Below are positions 13,631 to 28,990 of a stretch of 64,000 nucleotides of DNA, one piece after another (the first letter of the stretch is position 1; each line of letters begins with the position of its first letter). The translations under genes and the position numbers were made by a program. Below the pieces are notes generated by a model, which was not told where the DNA came from, did not search any database, and saw nothing but the letters and a program-made list of their open reading frames with translations. The DNA is from the human T2T-CHM13v2.0 reference genome, Homo sapiens, in the NCBI RefSeq assembly GCF_009914755.1, contig NC_060932.1. One strand, given 5' to 3'.

Positions 13631-15349
13631 ATATAGTTAATTCAAATTGGCAATATCAATAAGAACTAAAAATAATAGTAGACATCTGGGTTTCCAGTCA
13701 TACATTTTAGATGGTTGTAAACACATTTAATGAACTCAGCAATAATTAATATCTAATATGTTCAAAACCATGAGCTAAATTATATCACAGGGTTAAAATG
13801 TGTATGACATATACACATAGAGTTTATAATATATTTCATCCATGCACTTAATAAGAAAAATAATATACCTAATATGCATAAGTGGAGAGATATACACCAG
13901 AAGTATTTTACTTTTTTTTGTATAATATTTCCTTAATTAAAAGCCAAATCCATATATTTAAATTTCATAAATGAAACCCTAGTCTGAAGAAGCTACTTTG
14001 TGGCTCGTTTTTAGAGCTGTATAATATATTTAAGCACTACAGTTTGAAGCATTTTAAATAATAATATAGTACTGTAAGAATAATTTATGTATGAAGTTCA
14101 TTTTGAAACTCTTTGGTGACAACTCTATTGGACCAAAATTGATATCAACAAACCAAGCAAAGTTGTATTTTTAATATGAAGAAAGGATAAATGAACTTAA
14201 ATATAAGCAGGAGACTTCACACCTTTCTCCACTTTGCTGGGGTGAACATCCCTGGTTATCAAGTCTGCATTAAGATATCCCAATGCAAGAGGGTATCTGT
14301 CTCTGTTCAGGGTGGATCTCTCTTCAGCTGGGGATTCTGGTTTCTTATTCTGCTGAGAGGTCTAGAGCTGATATGGGTATTCTATCTTCTTATTTTAATA
14401 CCGATATTTGTAAATTAAAAGCCAGCCATATCAGTGTGTGAGTGTAATTTACTGTTTGAATACTACTTTCTGTCTCATCAGCGTTGAAGTTAATAAGACA
14501 TACATTGAATATTTCTGCAAAAATAAAACAGCCTGCATAGAATTGGCCAATCTCTGGAATCTGACCTCTCCTGAGTATTAACCCTACAGACTGTCTCATT
14601 ATTTGTATTGTAATGGTATCAAATTTGTAGAAGAAATTTCTGACATAAATTCTCAAAAAGATAACTGGCCAAACACTGTTACCTGAGTGCATAAAATATA
14701 CACTCCAGTTGAATCATAGATCCATGCAGTCATTCTGGCCCCAATGCAAGCTATCACAGGATTTGCTTGCAAAATCAAGGAGTCAAAGAGAATATGCATA
14801 AAATATGGAAGTCATTCCTGAGAGTATATATATGGGCCATAACAAACACCAAAGCTTATATAACATCATAACTTGATTATGTATATGCTGGTGATACCCA
14901 AAGGCTAGGTCATAATACTGAAGGAAAGATACCTGTAGAATCACAACTGCTCCTGAGTACAAGGTAAATATCAACCAAGGCTGTTATATGTCATTTGTGA
15001 ATTAAAACACTCTCCAGCAATGTTGATCCACAAGAAACTGTTGAGACCAACATGCTTACTTCAACATTAAAATTATATCAGATAAAATACTAGAGGCTGT
15101 GTCATATATCCAAAGGAACCAGCAAATGCATCTGGGAAGGAACTTATGTAAAGCACTAGTAATCAAAGTCCAAATTCAGCTTCAGAGAAGTTATCAGATT
15201 GCTGGAAAATTGCCTGAGAATGTGGAAGTATTCAAAAGGGAGATGTAAAACGTCCTTGGATAAACTCAATGTACCTGAAAACATTTCCACTGAAGAAAAA
15301 TAGTCTAGGGCATGAATTTCTAACTTATCCATGTATTCTGAATAATAAC

Positions 15350-15552
15350 TAAGCTAATATTTTAAAATTACCTCTTATATGCCAAATACTGTGCTTAGTA
15401 CCTTAGTGCATCTCATTTAAATTTCTTAAAAATCATATTCATAGTTTCTATCACCATTTTTAAAATAAAGATGGGAATCTCAAGATCAGAGAGCCTAAAT
15501 AACTGCCAAAAGTTACTCAGCTAAAAAGAAGTAGTTCTGAGCCTGGAATCCT
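15350..15552 (-). mobile_element. MIR
   Basis: gccaaatactgtgcttag...catctcatttaa...ccatttttaaaataaag...aaataactgccaaaagttactcagcta. Confidence 0.7.
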
Positions 15553-18101
15553 TGTTGGCATAACTCTAATGGTTAAACATTCTAAAAAACTAAGGTAGAC
15601 TTATTCTCCGAAGTTTGAAAATCTTCTATGTTATACTATTTATGCTAACATTAAAATCTAGTGCAAAGTCTAAGGCCTAAGTGGAGACAACAAATGTCTA
15701 GTGAACTAAGACGTAGTGGTATAGTTATACCTATAGTCAACCATCTCCTTACTATTATTTCTGGAGTAAGATCTTAAACTTTAACCTTGGCTAAGCTTAA
15801 ACATTAGCTTTTATTAGAGAAAAAGCATCCATAATTTTTAATTTCTACATTTCTTAGAATTTTCCAAAGTTTTAGGGAAATTCTGCTTTCTATAGCTAAG
15901 GGGAAGGGAGAAGTGGAAACTCACTCATGGATATCATGATAGACTATTGCATCAATAGGAATAAGATTTATTTTACCAATGAGAAATTACATTCTAAGTC
16001 AGTATTTGCAATAATGCATTGCTAGATGCTATCATTTATGACATTGCATCTACAGTCATAGCAGTTGAATTTAAGGAATGTGTAAAAAGGAACTTTATCT
16101 TATCTAGACATACAGTTGGCATTTTCACTGTATCATTTTTGTTTGCTGCCTAATGCAACTCCAAACATTCAAGTTGGTAGGAAGAAATTCACCATTGCAT
16201 CTATTGTAGCACGTTTATTTTTATCTTAGAAGAATTCAAGAAATTTCAGGGGATTGATTATGGGATTTAAGACCTTTCACTTTAGGGCCAGTCTTCCAAA
16301 GCTGCATCAGTAATGACTGAAAGTTGTGCATCTCTGTGGCCAGTATAGTAGCCTACATGAAATCACTTAGCGATCTTAACTCCTGAGGGAGCTGTCATGA
16401 TTGACAGTTTGAACAAAGAGGACAAGAATAGAATGGACCTATTAACTAGGACTGAGTGAATTTCTCCTGTAGGCATGACAATGTTTACCTCCTGCAATTT
16501 AGCTCTTTGTGACAGAGAGTTTTAAAATGGAGAAAGATGTTTTATTCAGTGGAGGAATAAGAGGGATACAGCAGAGTTTGATTCCAGTGAATATACAAGA
16601 ACAGTCTTCTTATTCTTTCTACATTGCTGTCTTCATATACTACATCAATTATAAATGAATATAATGATGCTTTTGCCTTGACTCTCCAGATTTGCTTTGT
16701 TCAAGTTCATTAATGTGAACTGTCATACCATTTATTATTAAGTAACAGAAGAAGGTGAATATACAGTTATATGTCATATACTCTATTTTACATATTTTAG
16801 GGAAATTTAGCTGGAGTTTGTAGATTTGCGGATCTTATAATTTAAGAAAAATGATAACAGTTTCTGGGCATTCTCAGGATACTTTTTAAACGGCCATCCT
16901 CTCTCTTAATATGAATCATATAAATCACAAAGTCTTAGCAGTTTGTAGCTATTCTCAACATGACATAAATAGGTTTGGCAGTAAATAAGTCCCTCATTGT
17001 AGATTCCTTGGGTTCTGTAGTGATTGGTGTCTTCTCTAAGTAACTTAGAACACTATTTGAAAATAATCCAGATCCCAGAGGAAACAAAAGAAGTGAAACC
17101 CTTCCCTCACTGCTGTAAGTGAATGAGTATTTCATAATCACTTAGACCAATGGCAGATATACCTTAAGTGTTTTGTGCTTATTAAATATAAACTAAGCAT
17201 TTCAGAATTATTTTTGAGATAGTTTTAATGGCTTCTAGACCTTCTTTTAAAATGAGAAATCTCCTAAATGGAACCCCTTTTAGCAATGTCTACAACAGGC
17301 ACTAAAACAAGGGGATGATATGAATAAAGAATTAAAGTGTCACTGATTTCTTCTTCTCCACTTTAGTCTGACTTCCCAGTCTCAGCCCAGTAAGGGATCT
17401 TTCCAAATGGGTTTTGATTTTTACAGGATGTTGCTGACCAGTCACCAAACAATGTAATGGAGTCCCATGGTCCTCGGCCCTCTGCCAAATATGATTCAAA
17501 TAGCAATCAGTGACACAGGGTTGCATCTGTGCTTGGTGCACAAACCCTGATAGTGTAGACATAGCACCAGTCACAACATCACCAATCACTAAAGGAAGCT
17601 TGTTTATTAATTGCTTCATTTCTCAAGATCCTTATATCACAAGTGGGTACTGACCTTGACTGATCTATTTCCCGCAGTAAAACAAAACAAAAAGTCTAAT
17701 TATTGTTCATTTGACTTTTCTATATAACTCAAAACTATCTTCTTACTAGGTCATCTTGATGAGCGGAAAGTTATGGAAGCATAATTGCGGTCAGTGTATT
17801 TAGACAATATGTATGATTTAAGCTTTGTTTTGCAGAGGAAAAATGCTTTTCAGATTATCACATGTGCTACATTTCCTAGAATTATATCAGTTTGGTCACA
17901 TTCCAGAGAATATGGAGAGAATATGAATGTACTTTAGGAGAATCTCTTGAAATGAATACTTCTTAGTGATACCACCGTATGATCTTACTTCTTTAAGTCT
18001 CTTTTATTTTTAAAATTGATATTTAACTTTTCTTCTTTGTAAAAATTTCATCGGAATATTTTATGTGATCTTAGTGATTGGATACATAGACATTCTTTAG
18101 A

Positions 18102-18464
18102 TAGGGGTCCCTAATCCCTGGGCTCCAGACAGGTATCGGTCTGTCACCTGTTAAGAACAGGGCTGCACAGCAGGAGGTGAGTGGCCGGTGAGGCACCATT
18201 ACTGCCTGAACTCTGCCTCCTGTCAGATCAACAGTAGCATTAGATCCTCATAGAAGTGTGAACCCTATTGTGAACTATGCATGTGAGGGATCTATGTTGC
18301 GTGCTCCTTACGAGAATCTAACTAATGCTTGATGATCTGAGGTGGAATGGTTTCATCCTGAAACCACCTCACCATCTCTCACCCTTGTCCCACCACCTGC
18401 ATCCTATGGAAAAATTGTCTTCCATGAAATCAGTCCCTGGTGCCAAACAGTTTGGGGACCACTG
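18102..18464 (+). mobile_element. MER1B-like hAT-Charlie non-autonomous DNA transposon
   Basis: Terminal inverted repeats taggggtccctaa ... ttggggaccactg; internal gcacagcaggaggtgagtggc and gaaccctattgtgaact typical of MER1. Confidence 0.88.
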
Positions 18465-18593
18465 GTTTACACGAGCCCTCACAGAATAAATATAGCAACA
18501 ATCACATTGCCTCTTATGGCTCAGAGGGAGCTTATTCCATTTCCCCAAAGCTTGAAAACGAAAAGTGGGTTCTTACTGTTGGATAATATGAAC

Positions 18594-18965
18594 TGCTGTG
18601 GATTGAAATATGTCTCCTCAAAATTCATATATTGAAGCCCTAACCCCTAATGTTATGATATTTGAAGGTGGGGCCTTTGGTAGATAATTTGGTTTAGATG
18701 AGGTCATGAGCGTGAAGATCCCATAATAGGAATTGTGCCCTTATAAGAAGTGGAAGAGAGGCCAGAGCTCTTTCTCTCTTACATGTCAGACACAGTGATA
18801 AGGCAGTTATCTGCAAGTCAGAAAGAGAGCTGTCACCAGAACCCAAATTGGCTGTCAGCTTGATCTGGGACTTCCCAACCTCAGGAACTGTGAGAAATAA
18901 ATTTCTGTTATTTAAGCTACTCAGTATGGCATTTTTTAAAATGGTAATCTGAACAGACTAATACA
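18594..18965 (+). mobile_element. MaLR solo LTR (MLT1A/B-like)
   Basis: TG...CA ends (tgctgtggattgaa ... acagactaataca), AATAAA motif, 5-bp TSD tgaac / tcaac. Confidence 0.88.
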
Positions 18966-18980
18966 TCAACATAGAAAGGA

Positions 18981-19012
18981 GTTCCATTGGTTATTTGTTC
19001 CATTGGTTATTT
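18981..19012. repeat. Perfect 16-bp tandem duplication
   Basis: gttccattggttattt x2. Confidence 0.92.
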
Positions 19013-19780
19013 ATTCTCTATTTTTGGCCTGACCCAGCCAGTTGTGTTGTTTCATCTGCATGAATGTGTTTAACCCCCTTATGAACCAAGGTGATGGTTC
19101 CTTATAGAATAGAACCCTCTGCCAAATTACATTTGGATCTTCAGCACTTCATTAAATGTTCCCCAAGAGATAGTTTAACACTTATTATTACTCTTTGTTT
19201 ACAAAATGTCAGTCATTTAATTTATATTTAACAAATAATTGTTTAACATGGAAGTTTATTAATATTCCAAATTCTCAACTAAGTTTTAAATATTGACTTA
19301 CCAATATCCATTGATTTCCAATTTTGTAGTTAAAATAACCAATAAGAAATTATTAACTTTTTATAACTATAGTTGTAACATTATCTACAATTATATATTT
19401 ATTTTTGCTTTCCAATTACTTAATCTCAATCTCCAGATGAAAACACCTCTTTCTTAGTACCTAATTGTTCTATTCAAACCTAGTCTCTCCTATTAAGATA
19501 TCTTAGCTAACATTATTTGCTCTAACAAAAATTAATGCATTCCCATTATTCTACAGTAATTTCATTTTTATGTTGCTTACGATAATTTTAATAAATTTTG
19601 ATGAGCTGTTGAAGGAAATACTATCATTTGCCTAATTTTTAAAATATTTCTAGATTCCATTTAGTGGTATTTTAAGCTATTTTTATTTATAAAATCTCTT
19701 ACATTAATCAGTTTACTGTGAAATTTATCATGTGACCTCTATTTTCAGCGGGTTCTTAATAAAATATTTTATATCTTTAA

Positions 19781-20109
<329 letters not shown>

Positions 20110-20421
20110 TAGAAAGGAAAATTTTTATAATATTGTTTAATTCAAATATCACTCACTTTAAGAGATTTTCTCTGATATTTTTCAACTGGATATGATCACT
20201 TTCTCTTTCAAAAGTGACAACTTTAGTTTGTATTTATTGCAGCATTTTCCATGGTTTATCTTAAAGTACTCACTTGAGTAATAGTTCTAGACTTCAGCAG
20301 ATTATAACTTTTAGTGTATGATCCATTCTTTCTTAGTCATTTTTGCCTCCCTTTCATCCTTTCCTGGGTTTTTGAATAGTGTATATATTAATATTGCTGG
20401 TGGACTCTCATGAATACTTGA

Positions 20422-21027
20422 TGTATTATTCCATTCTCATGCTGCTAATAAAGACATACCCGAGACTGGTTAATTTATAAAAGAAAGAAGTTCCATGGAT
20501 ACACAGTTCCACATAAACAGGGGGCCTCACAATCATGACAGAAGGCTAATGAGGAGCAAAGGCACATCTTACATGGTGGCAGGCAAGAAGCCAAAGTTGC
20601 TTCCACATTTTGGGTATCTTTACAGCAGCACCCCACTCCCAGTACCAATTTACTGTATTAGTCCATTCTTGTGCTGCTAATAAAGACATACCTGAGACTG
20701 GAATTGATAAAGGAAAGGGGTTTAATGGACTCGCAGTTCCACATGGCTGGGGAGGCCTCACAATCATGGTGGAAGGTGAATGAAGAGCAAAGGCATGACA
20801 TATGGCAGCAGGCAAGAGGGCATGTGCAGCGAAACTTCCCTTTATAAAACCATCAGCTCTCATGAGACTTATTCACACTCATGAGACTTATTCATGAGAA
20901 CAGCATGGGGAAAAAAAAACCCACTCCCATGATTCAATTACCTCCCACTGGGTCCCTCCCATAATACATACAGATTATTACAATTCAAGGTGAGATTTGG
21001 GTGGGGACACAAGGACAATCCATATCA
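20422..21027 (-). mobile_element. THE1 (THE1D-like) MaLR provirus with large internal deletion
   Basis: Full LTR at 20654-21027, about 63 bp of internal start at 20591-20653, then the terminal part of a second LTR at 20422-20590. Both LTR copies begin tgtatta. Confidence 0.88.
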
Positions 21028-21070
21028 CCTGGGTGTTTTTTGTTATTTCTGTTGTTGTTTTTTATTTTTT

Positions 21071-22104
<1,034 letters not shown>

Positions 22105-22558
22105 TAGATGGAAATTCAAGACCACTAAATCAGCAGAATGGTAGAGTTTACTAGCTGGTGATTTTGTCTGCTCCAAAAAAATATTTTATCTAAAGCACAT
22201 TTTTGAGCTGCCTTTAATTTATAATAAATGTATCATATATGGATCCAAAGGTAAAAATCTCTCTCAAATAGAAATTAAAAGGCTTTATTTATTCTGATCA
22301 CATTTCTTTATAATTTTACAGAGCATTTACCACCTCAGCCTGATATTTCCGGAATGAACCCTTAATCTTTTAAATTAGTTATCATATGACAGATACTTGA
22401 ACTTTTTATTCTTCTGAAATACAGCTACACTATTGTATCTTTCCTAAGTTTTCAGGACCAAAAACAGCCGTTCTCTAGGTTTGAATGAAACATAAATAGC
22501 TAGATGTATTTCTGATTTACTTTTATCCTATATGTCTAGAAGGCAAGATCCCTGTTAG

Positions 22559-22911
<353 letters not shown>

Positions 22912-22914
22912 CTA

Positions 22915-23055
22915 AGTAAAATTAAAAATACAGTGTCTTAATCATACTAGCCAGATTTGAAGGGTTCAAAAGTCACATGTGGTTATTGACTAACTTTTTG
23001 GATAGTATAGATATCAAATGTTTCCACCATCATAGAAAATTCTTTGGAACAACAG
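22915..23055. mobile_element. hAT-Charlie fossil (MER3/MER33-like) fragment
   Basis: ctagccagatttgaagggttcaaaagtcacatgtgg...tttccaccatcatagaaaattctttgga. Confidence 0.6.
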
Positions 23056-23264
23056 CAACAGTAGTTTACAGTTTATCTTTTATTTTACAGGAGTTTTCAT
23101 AGATAGACACTTTACATGAGCTCCATCCAAACTTCTAAATTAAAAACAGACAGTTTGTTTGCACTGAAAAATTCATTTTCCCTTGTCATTTGTTTTTTAG
23201 TTGTAACATTTCTTTGACTGTTATACACCATTTTTGTGTCAAAATATAGATATTTTTTCCAATG

Positions 23265-24860
23265 CCTGACAGCTCTCTATTTTTTCTTTTTATCACTTGT
23301 TTTTAGTAATTTTATTATGATGTGTCTGGTGTGGTTATATACATATTTATTCTGCTTGAGGTTCATTGAGATTCTTAGATCTGTGGGATTATCATTTTTA
23401 TCAAATTTGGAATATTTTGGCCATTAATTTTCTTGAATATTTTTCTACTAGCTCCTTGGAGACTCCAGATTTATATATGTTTAACGGCTTGACAGAGTTA
23501 AATATTAACTCACTGAGGCTCTGTATATTTTTTCAATGTTTTATCCCTATACTACATTTTACATATTCTCTATTTCTACAACTTCAAATTCACAAATTCG
23601 TTCTTCTGCAGTTTCATCACCATTCAGTGATTTAAAAAAAAGTTTTAGATATTACAGTTTTTATCTTTAAAAGTCCCATTTGATTCATTTTTTAACATCT
23701 TTAATGTCTCTTCTGGTCATGGGTCATATTTCAATTCTTAAGATCTGTAGGAGTTTTTGTGTGATGGTGAAAATAGTGTATTTTATGTGATTGAATGACT
23801 TCTATTTTCTCTTTTCTTTTTTCTTTTTTTTTTTTTTTTTGAGACAGAGCCTCACTTTGTCACTAGAATGCAGTGGGGCACTTTCTGCTCACTGCAACCT
23901 CTGACTCCCAACTTCAAGCAATTCTTCTGCCTCAGCCTTCCGAGTAGCTGGGATTTACAGGTGTGCACCACCACACTTGGCTAATTTTTTTGTATTTTTA
24001 GTGGAGATGGGGTTTCACCATGTTGGCCAGGCTAGTCTCAAACTCCTGACCTCAAGCCATCTGCCCACCTCAGCCTCCCAAAGTGCAGGGATTACAGGCG
24101 TGAACTACCACACCTGGCCCAATTATTGTTTTTAAAGAAGTGTTATACTTTTCTTTGACAGACATTTGGGTTGTTTCTGGTTTAGTTGGATCATCTTAAG
24201 CCTTGTTTTCAACTTTTGCTAGGGTGGTCACAGAATACCTTTACCTATTGGAATCTTTAATCTCCATTACTAAGGCTCACCCTTCTGATGCCTAAATTTA
24301 ATTCTCCAGGTAGTCAATTTGGACTCTGCACTGCTGCTGGTAGGAACTTGAATGATTCTTGGCCTTCTGCAGTTCTTGGAATCATTCAGTTCACAAGTTT
24401 GCAATAACTTCTTGCCCAGCCTCGTGAAATTATAGCGTTTGCATACATGACTTAGAAATCAGCATAGGTTCAAAGGACTTTAAAGCAGATTTCTAGAGTT
24501 CTTTGTCTGCATAGCTCTCTTGTCTCAAGAAACCTGTCACACAAATTCCAACTGCCCCAGATGCTCTGAACTCTGATCTGTATCTCCTCAACTCAGTAGG
24601 GTCACTGTCTCAGTTTGCAATATCTTCCCCACTCCACGGACACTGCTCTAGACCTGAAATATGTTTTACAGGCAGAAAGCTTGGCTGTCCTATGTTTTAC
24701 TTTCCTTGTCTCTTCTTTCTCAGATGTAATGGCTCTGTACTGCCTGTAGTTTAATGTCTTAAAAACAGTTGCTTCATCTATATTTCCCTGGTTTTCTATT
24801 TCTTTGAGTCAGGAGGGTTAATTTAGTCACTGTTACTCCATCGTGGCTGAAAGTGGAAGT
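23265..24860 (-). mobile_element. Ancient L1M 5'/ORF1-region fragments
   Basis: T-rich antisense L1M motifs (ttattatgatgtgtctggtgtgg; tcaaatttggaatattttggccatta; aggcagaaagc...gggttaatttagtcactgttactccatcgtggctgaaagtggaagtc). Confidence 0.65.
23805..24119 (-). mobile_element. Alu (AluSx/Sz-like), nested in L1M
   Basis: T tail plus antisense dimer ending cacacctggcc. Confidence 0.94.
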
Positions 24861-26201
24861 CTTTCTTCAACTGATGTAAAAGTTTATGTAATAGAAAAGA
24901 TATTAAACTATGAATTGAGGCCTAACTTTTAGAGAATGTTGAAATGACAGAATACAATACTACAACAAAACTTACTCTTATAAACACTGATAGAAACTGA
25001 CAAGTCGGTGGTTGTGAAGAAAATTAGATATATAGATATGTATAGATTTTAAGGTAAGTAAGAGTTATTAATTAGAATTACACAGTTGTCAGTTTGGAGG
25101 TACAGGTATGAGTGTCATCTACACAGAATAAAAGAACAGAGCAGAGTCCAAGATAGCATGTTGACATTCACAGTGAGGATTCAGAGTACAGCTGTACCCT
25201 CGAATTAAATTTGACCAAGGGTTATCAATGGCAGACCACCGGGCTCTGTAAACCACAGGTCTGATCTAATCTAGCAATTCTTGTGTTTGCATTTTAACCA
25301 ATGTATATCTGTCCAGGAAATAAAATGTCAACTATAAGAATTGTTTACCCTTGAAAATAACTCTATGGTGTTTCTAAAAATATATGTCACATGAGATCAC
25401 AAACAAAGTAGTATGCTTTCTGTGGATTGTATTACTGGTGTTGGCTTGGAATGGTAAGAAAGGAAACTGACTCTAAATTACCTATCTTGATTTTTCTTGT
25501 TTCATTAATTCTCAGAGCATTTGTCTTGAGATATACAATATCTCAAATTGCAAGATAAAAAAATATATATCAACTTTTCTTTCTTCAACTCTACTTTGAA
25601 TAATTCATAAAGGAACCACTTAAAGGTAGCTAATCTGAATCAATACAAGGCAGTGTTATAATCTTTGTTTCTAATGGTGTTTTACTCTTAATTTTTATGT
25701 AAATAACTGAATGTATTGTTTATTAAACTGATCTTCATTATAAGGAGATATTTATAATGTTGGCTGTCCAATATGAAGTAAAGCTTTAAAAATCCCAGAT
25801 GTAATATTGAACAACTTAATTTGAAACATTTTATGCTACTTGGTTGCTCTTGATTTCAGGAGTATCTGTTTTAAATGCATAATAAGTACATTTTCAAGCA
25901 TATCCAATTTACATGCCTTAAAGACTTCCACCGCCTTAATGCTTAATTTAGAAATATCATTTTAAATGATTCTTAAAAATCAGATGCACTTATTTTTGTA
26001 GCTGTAATATTTTAAGAGAGCCTTCATATAAAAATATAGTTGTCACTGACAAACAGTATCAATTAGCTAATGTTCAACAATGATCATCAATGTCAGGGAC
26101 TGTTACCTTGTTGAAATTTTAGTTTAGCCTTAATGGTGTCTATAAATTAATAGGTACTGTAAATGATGCATGACAAAAAATGGGTTGTTAGCAAATGTTG
26201 T

Positions 26202-26246
26202 GGAAGGAAGAAAGGAAGGAAAGAAGAGAAGGAAGGAAGGAAGGAA
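26202..26246. repeat. Imperfect (GGAA)n purine tract
   Basis: ggaaggaagaaaggaaggaaagaagagaaggaaggaaggaaggaa. Confidence 0.85.
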
Positions 26247-27132
26247 TTTTCAAGGCCTTAAGAATAAATCTATATGTGCTGGAATACTTAGAAATAAAAG
26301 TTTTGTTTAATTTAATTAAACACAGATATTCTACCAAGCTCACAAAATGATTTTTAAAAATACTAGCAATCATTAGGCAACATAGGAGCCTTTAGTTAAG
26401 TGAATTAGAAAGTGAAGTTAAGAATAAAATTTCAACAGTTACCTAATCTACTAATTTGCTGATCATTGATGAACACTGGCTCTTATGTTTTGTTTTGTTT
26501 TGTGTTTTTATGAAGCTGACATGTACTATTGGTTCAAATAAATAGCATATATAGTATTCTGGCTAAGTCGCTTATTTTTAAAATTGTGGTTTTCTTATGT
26601 TAAATTTTTGAATTGAATTTCTAATACCATTTTTCCTTTTCCACAGCCTTTAATGGAACAAATTGTTAGTTTCTGACAGAAGGGTTCTGATGTTGAAATA
26701 GACAGTATGTCTACCTATTACAGAAATATAGAAATAAAAATGCATGTACTCAAACAGAAGATGGAGGTTACATTTCTTTATTACATCTATCATCAGACCT
26801 TAGCCATGTTGGATTTTTGGTTGCTGTTGATAGAATAAGGCAGATTTTCCTCAAACTTTCTTTTGCAAAATAGTTAGACTTAAATATAAAAACAACTGCA
26901 AAATATTCAGTCATTAACAAATCAAGAATCTTTATAACTGAATGTTAAGTGATTATGTTTTTTCTACTGTATTTAGCAATGCAATACTTACCTTTTATAT
27001 TACTAAATATATTAATTTTATTCTCAAGAAAATCATTAATACTTAGGGATTGGAGGTTTCCTGAGTGTAATATTGAAAAACTGTTAAAAAGCCACTGATA
27101 CCCATTCGATCTAATGATTTACCTTTTGATTA

Positions 27133-27160
27133 TTTGTTTTGTTTGTTTGTTTGTTTGTTT
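27133..27160 (+). repeat. (GTTT)n microsatellite forming the polypyrimidine tract of the RALYL acceptor
   Basis: tttgtttt(gttt)5 immediately before aag|G at 27161-27164. Confidence 0.9.
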
Positions 27161-27162
27161 AA

Positions 27163-27483
<321 letters not shown>

Positions 27484-28189
27484 TAACTGGAAATTGTTTT
27501 ATTTCACAAAACCCAACACCACTGTTGTTTCTACCTCTTCTTTAACCAATTAGAGTGATTTTATATTTATTATTTATATTTTTTCATCCTCATATTGTTT
27601 TGTATATAGGTATCTTATTTTCTGTACAAATTTATAAATTTGAGATCAAGGCTACTTTGCAATACTTATTACCTCCACCCATCCTAACACAGCCAGGCAA
27701 ATAATAAATATGCATCAGGTTTAACTTTATTTGACTTGAGATAGCATCTGTCTTCCAGGAAACACTATCCTATGCAAAAAATAACTTCACTTGTCATACT
27801 TATAGCATTTGATCTGAGCCTAATGCATTTTCCTCATTTCCTATGTTTTGGAGGAGAAGGGGTAGAAAATAGCGAAAGAAAGTAAATTTTTAGAATGGGG
27901 AAAGGAATATAATTCACATTTTAAAAATCTAGTTAAGGATTTTGTGTATTATACCTGTATAATCATGCATAATAATCAGATTTCTGTCTAATGTTCAAGA
28001 AATAATATAGTTTTTTTCAAAGAAAGGAAAACAATGCAGTCTGAAATAAAAAGACTTGGAAAAATATTTTATAATTAATGTGTAGATAAAAATCAAAATT
28101 AGATAATTATTTAGATGTTTTTCTACCTTAGGAAAAAAATATGGTTAATATATTAATGATTCCTCAATTTATGTTTCTTGTTCTGTCTA

Positions 28190-28990
28190 GATTAATATAT
28201 CAAACTCATTGTACAGCATCTTCTCATGGATACTCAAAAGGCATTTCAGCTTCATATGCCCAGAACAAAACCCATGATTTTCCATACCCTCAACCTTCTC
28301 CACTCCCAAATTTCCTCATCACAATAAAGGGAACCCCCAATTTATCCAGTTTAAAAAAAAAAAAAACTTTGATTCTTAACTTCCCCCATCATCAAGTTCG
28401 CTTGTCAATATATTACAAATATAGTCCAAACCCAATCTCCTTTTAAATGTGTGCTGAAGGCCATCTCATACAGCCCATGGTTGTATCTCAGGGGCACTGA
28501 AATAACTCCCTAGTTGGTCCGCTTCTTTTTACTCTTGCCAGAGTGTCTTTTAAAAACATTGATCAGATTATGTTCTTAACCTGCTTTTAAACCTCTAATG
28601 CCTTTCTCATACAGAATAAGATTCACATTCTATACCATACCTACAATGCCCTATACTGCCACATCTTCAATTCTATCTCCTTATTCTCTCTCCCTTCTTG
28701 AACCACTCTAGTAATGCTGGCTGCCTTGATAATGCCTCAAGCATTCCAAGATTGTTCCTACTTCAGAGGCTTTGTATTTGCTATTCCCTCTGCTCAGACA
28801 ACAGGTCTTTGCTAATTATTTGCTCCTTTCTTTAGAGTGTGCTGTGCTAAAAATTTACCTCCAGTGAGAGGCCTTTACTGACCAGCCTATCTAAAATAGA
28901 ATAGTCATCTTCCTCCTTCTTTCACTGTCTATTCTATTACTGTGTGTTAATTTTTTTCATAGCACCTATCAGAATCTGGATTACATAGTT
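28190..28990 (+). mobile_element. L2 fragment
   Basis: ttcctcatcacaataaaggg...aataactccctagttggtc...gatcagattatgtt...ggctttgtatttgctattccctctgc...gaggcctttactgacc...ttcatagcacctatca. Confidence 0.75.

Noticed and set aside
18094-18472. 8-bp TSD for the MER1B element
   Set aside because: Flanks (tctttaga / gtttacac) do not match well enough to claim.
27703-27708. AATAAA downstream of the exon as an intronic poly(A) site giving an RRM-only isoform
   Set aside because: AATAAA is very frequent in this AT-rich window, and this one lies in an L2-like remnant; no independent support.
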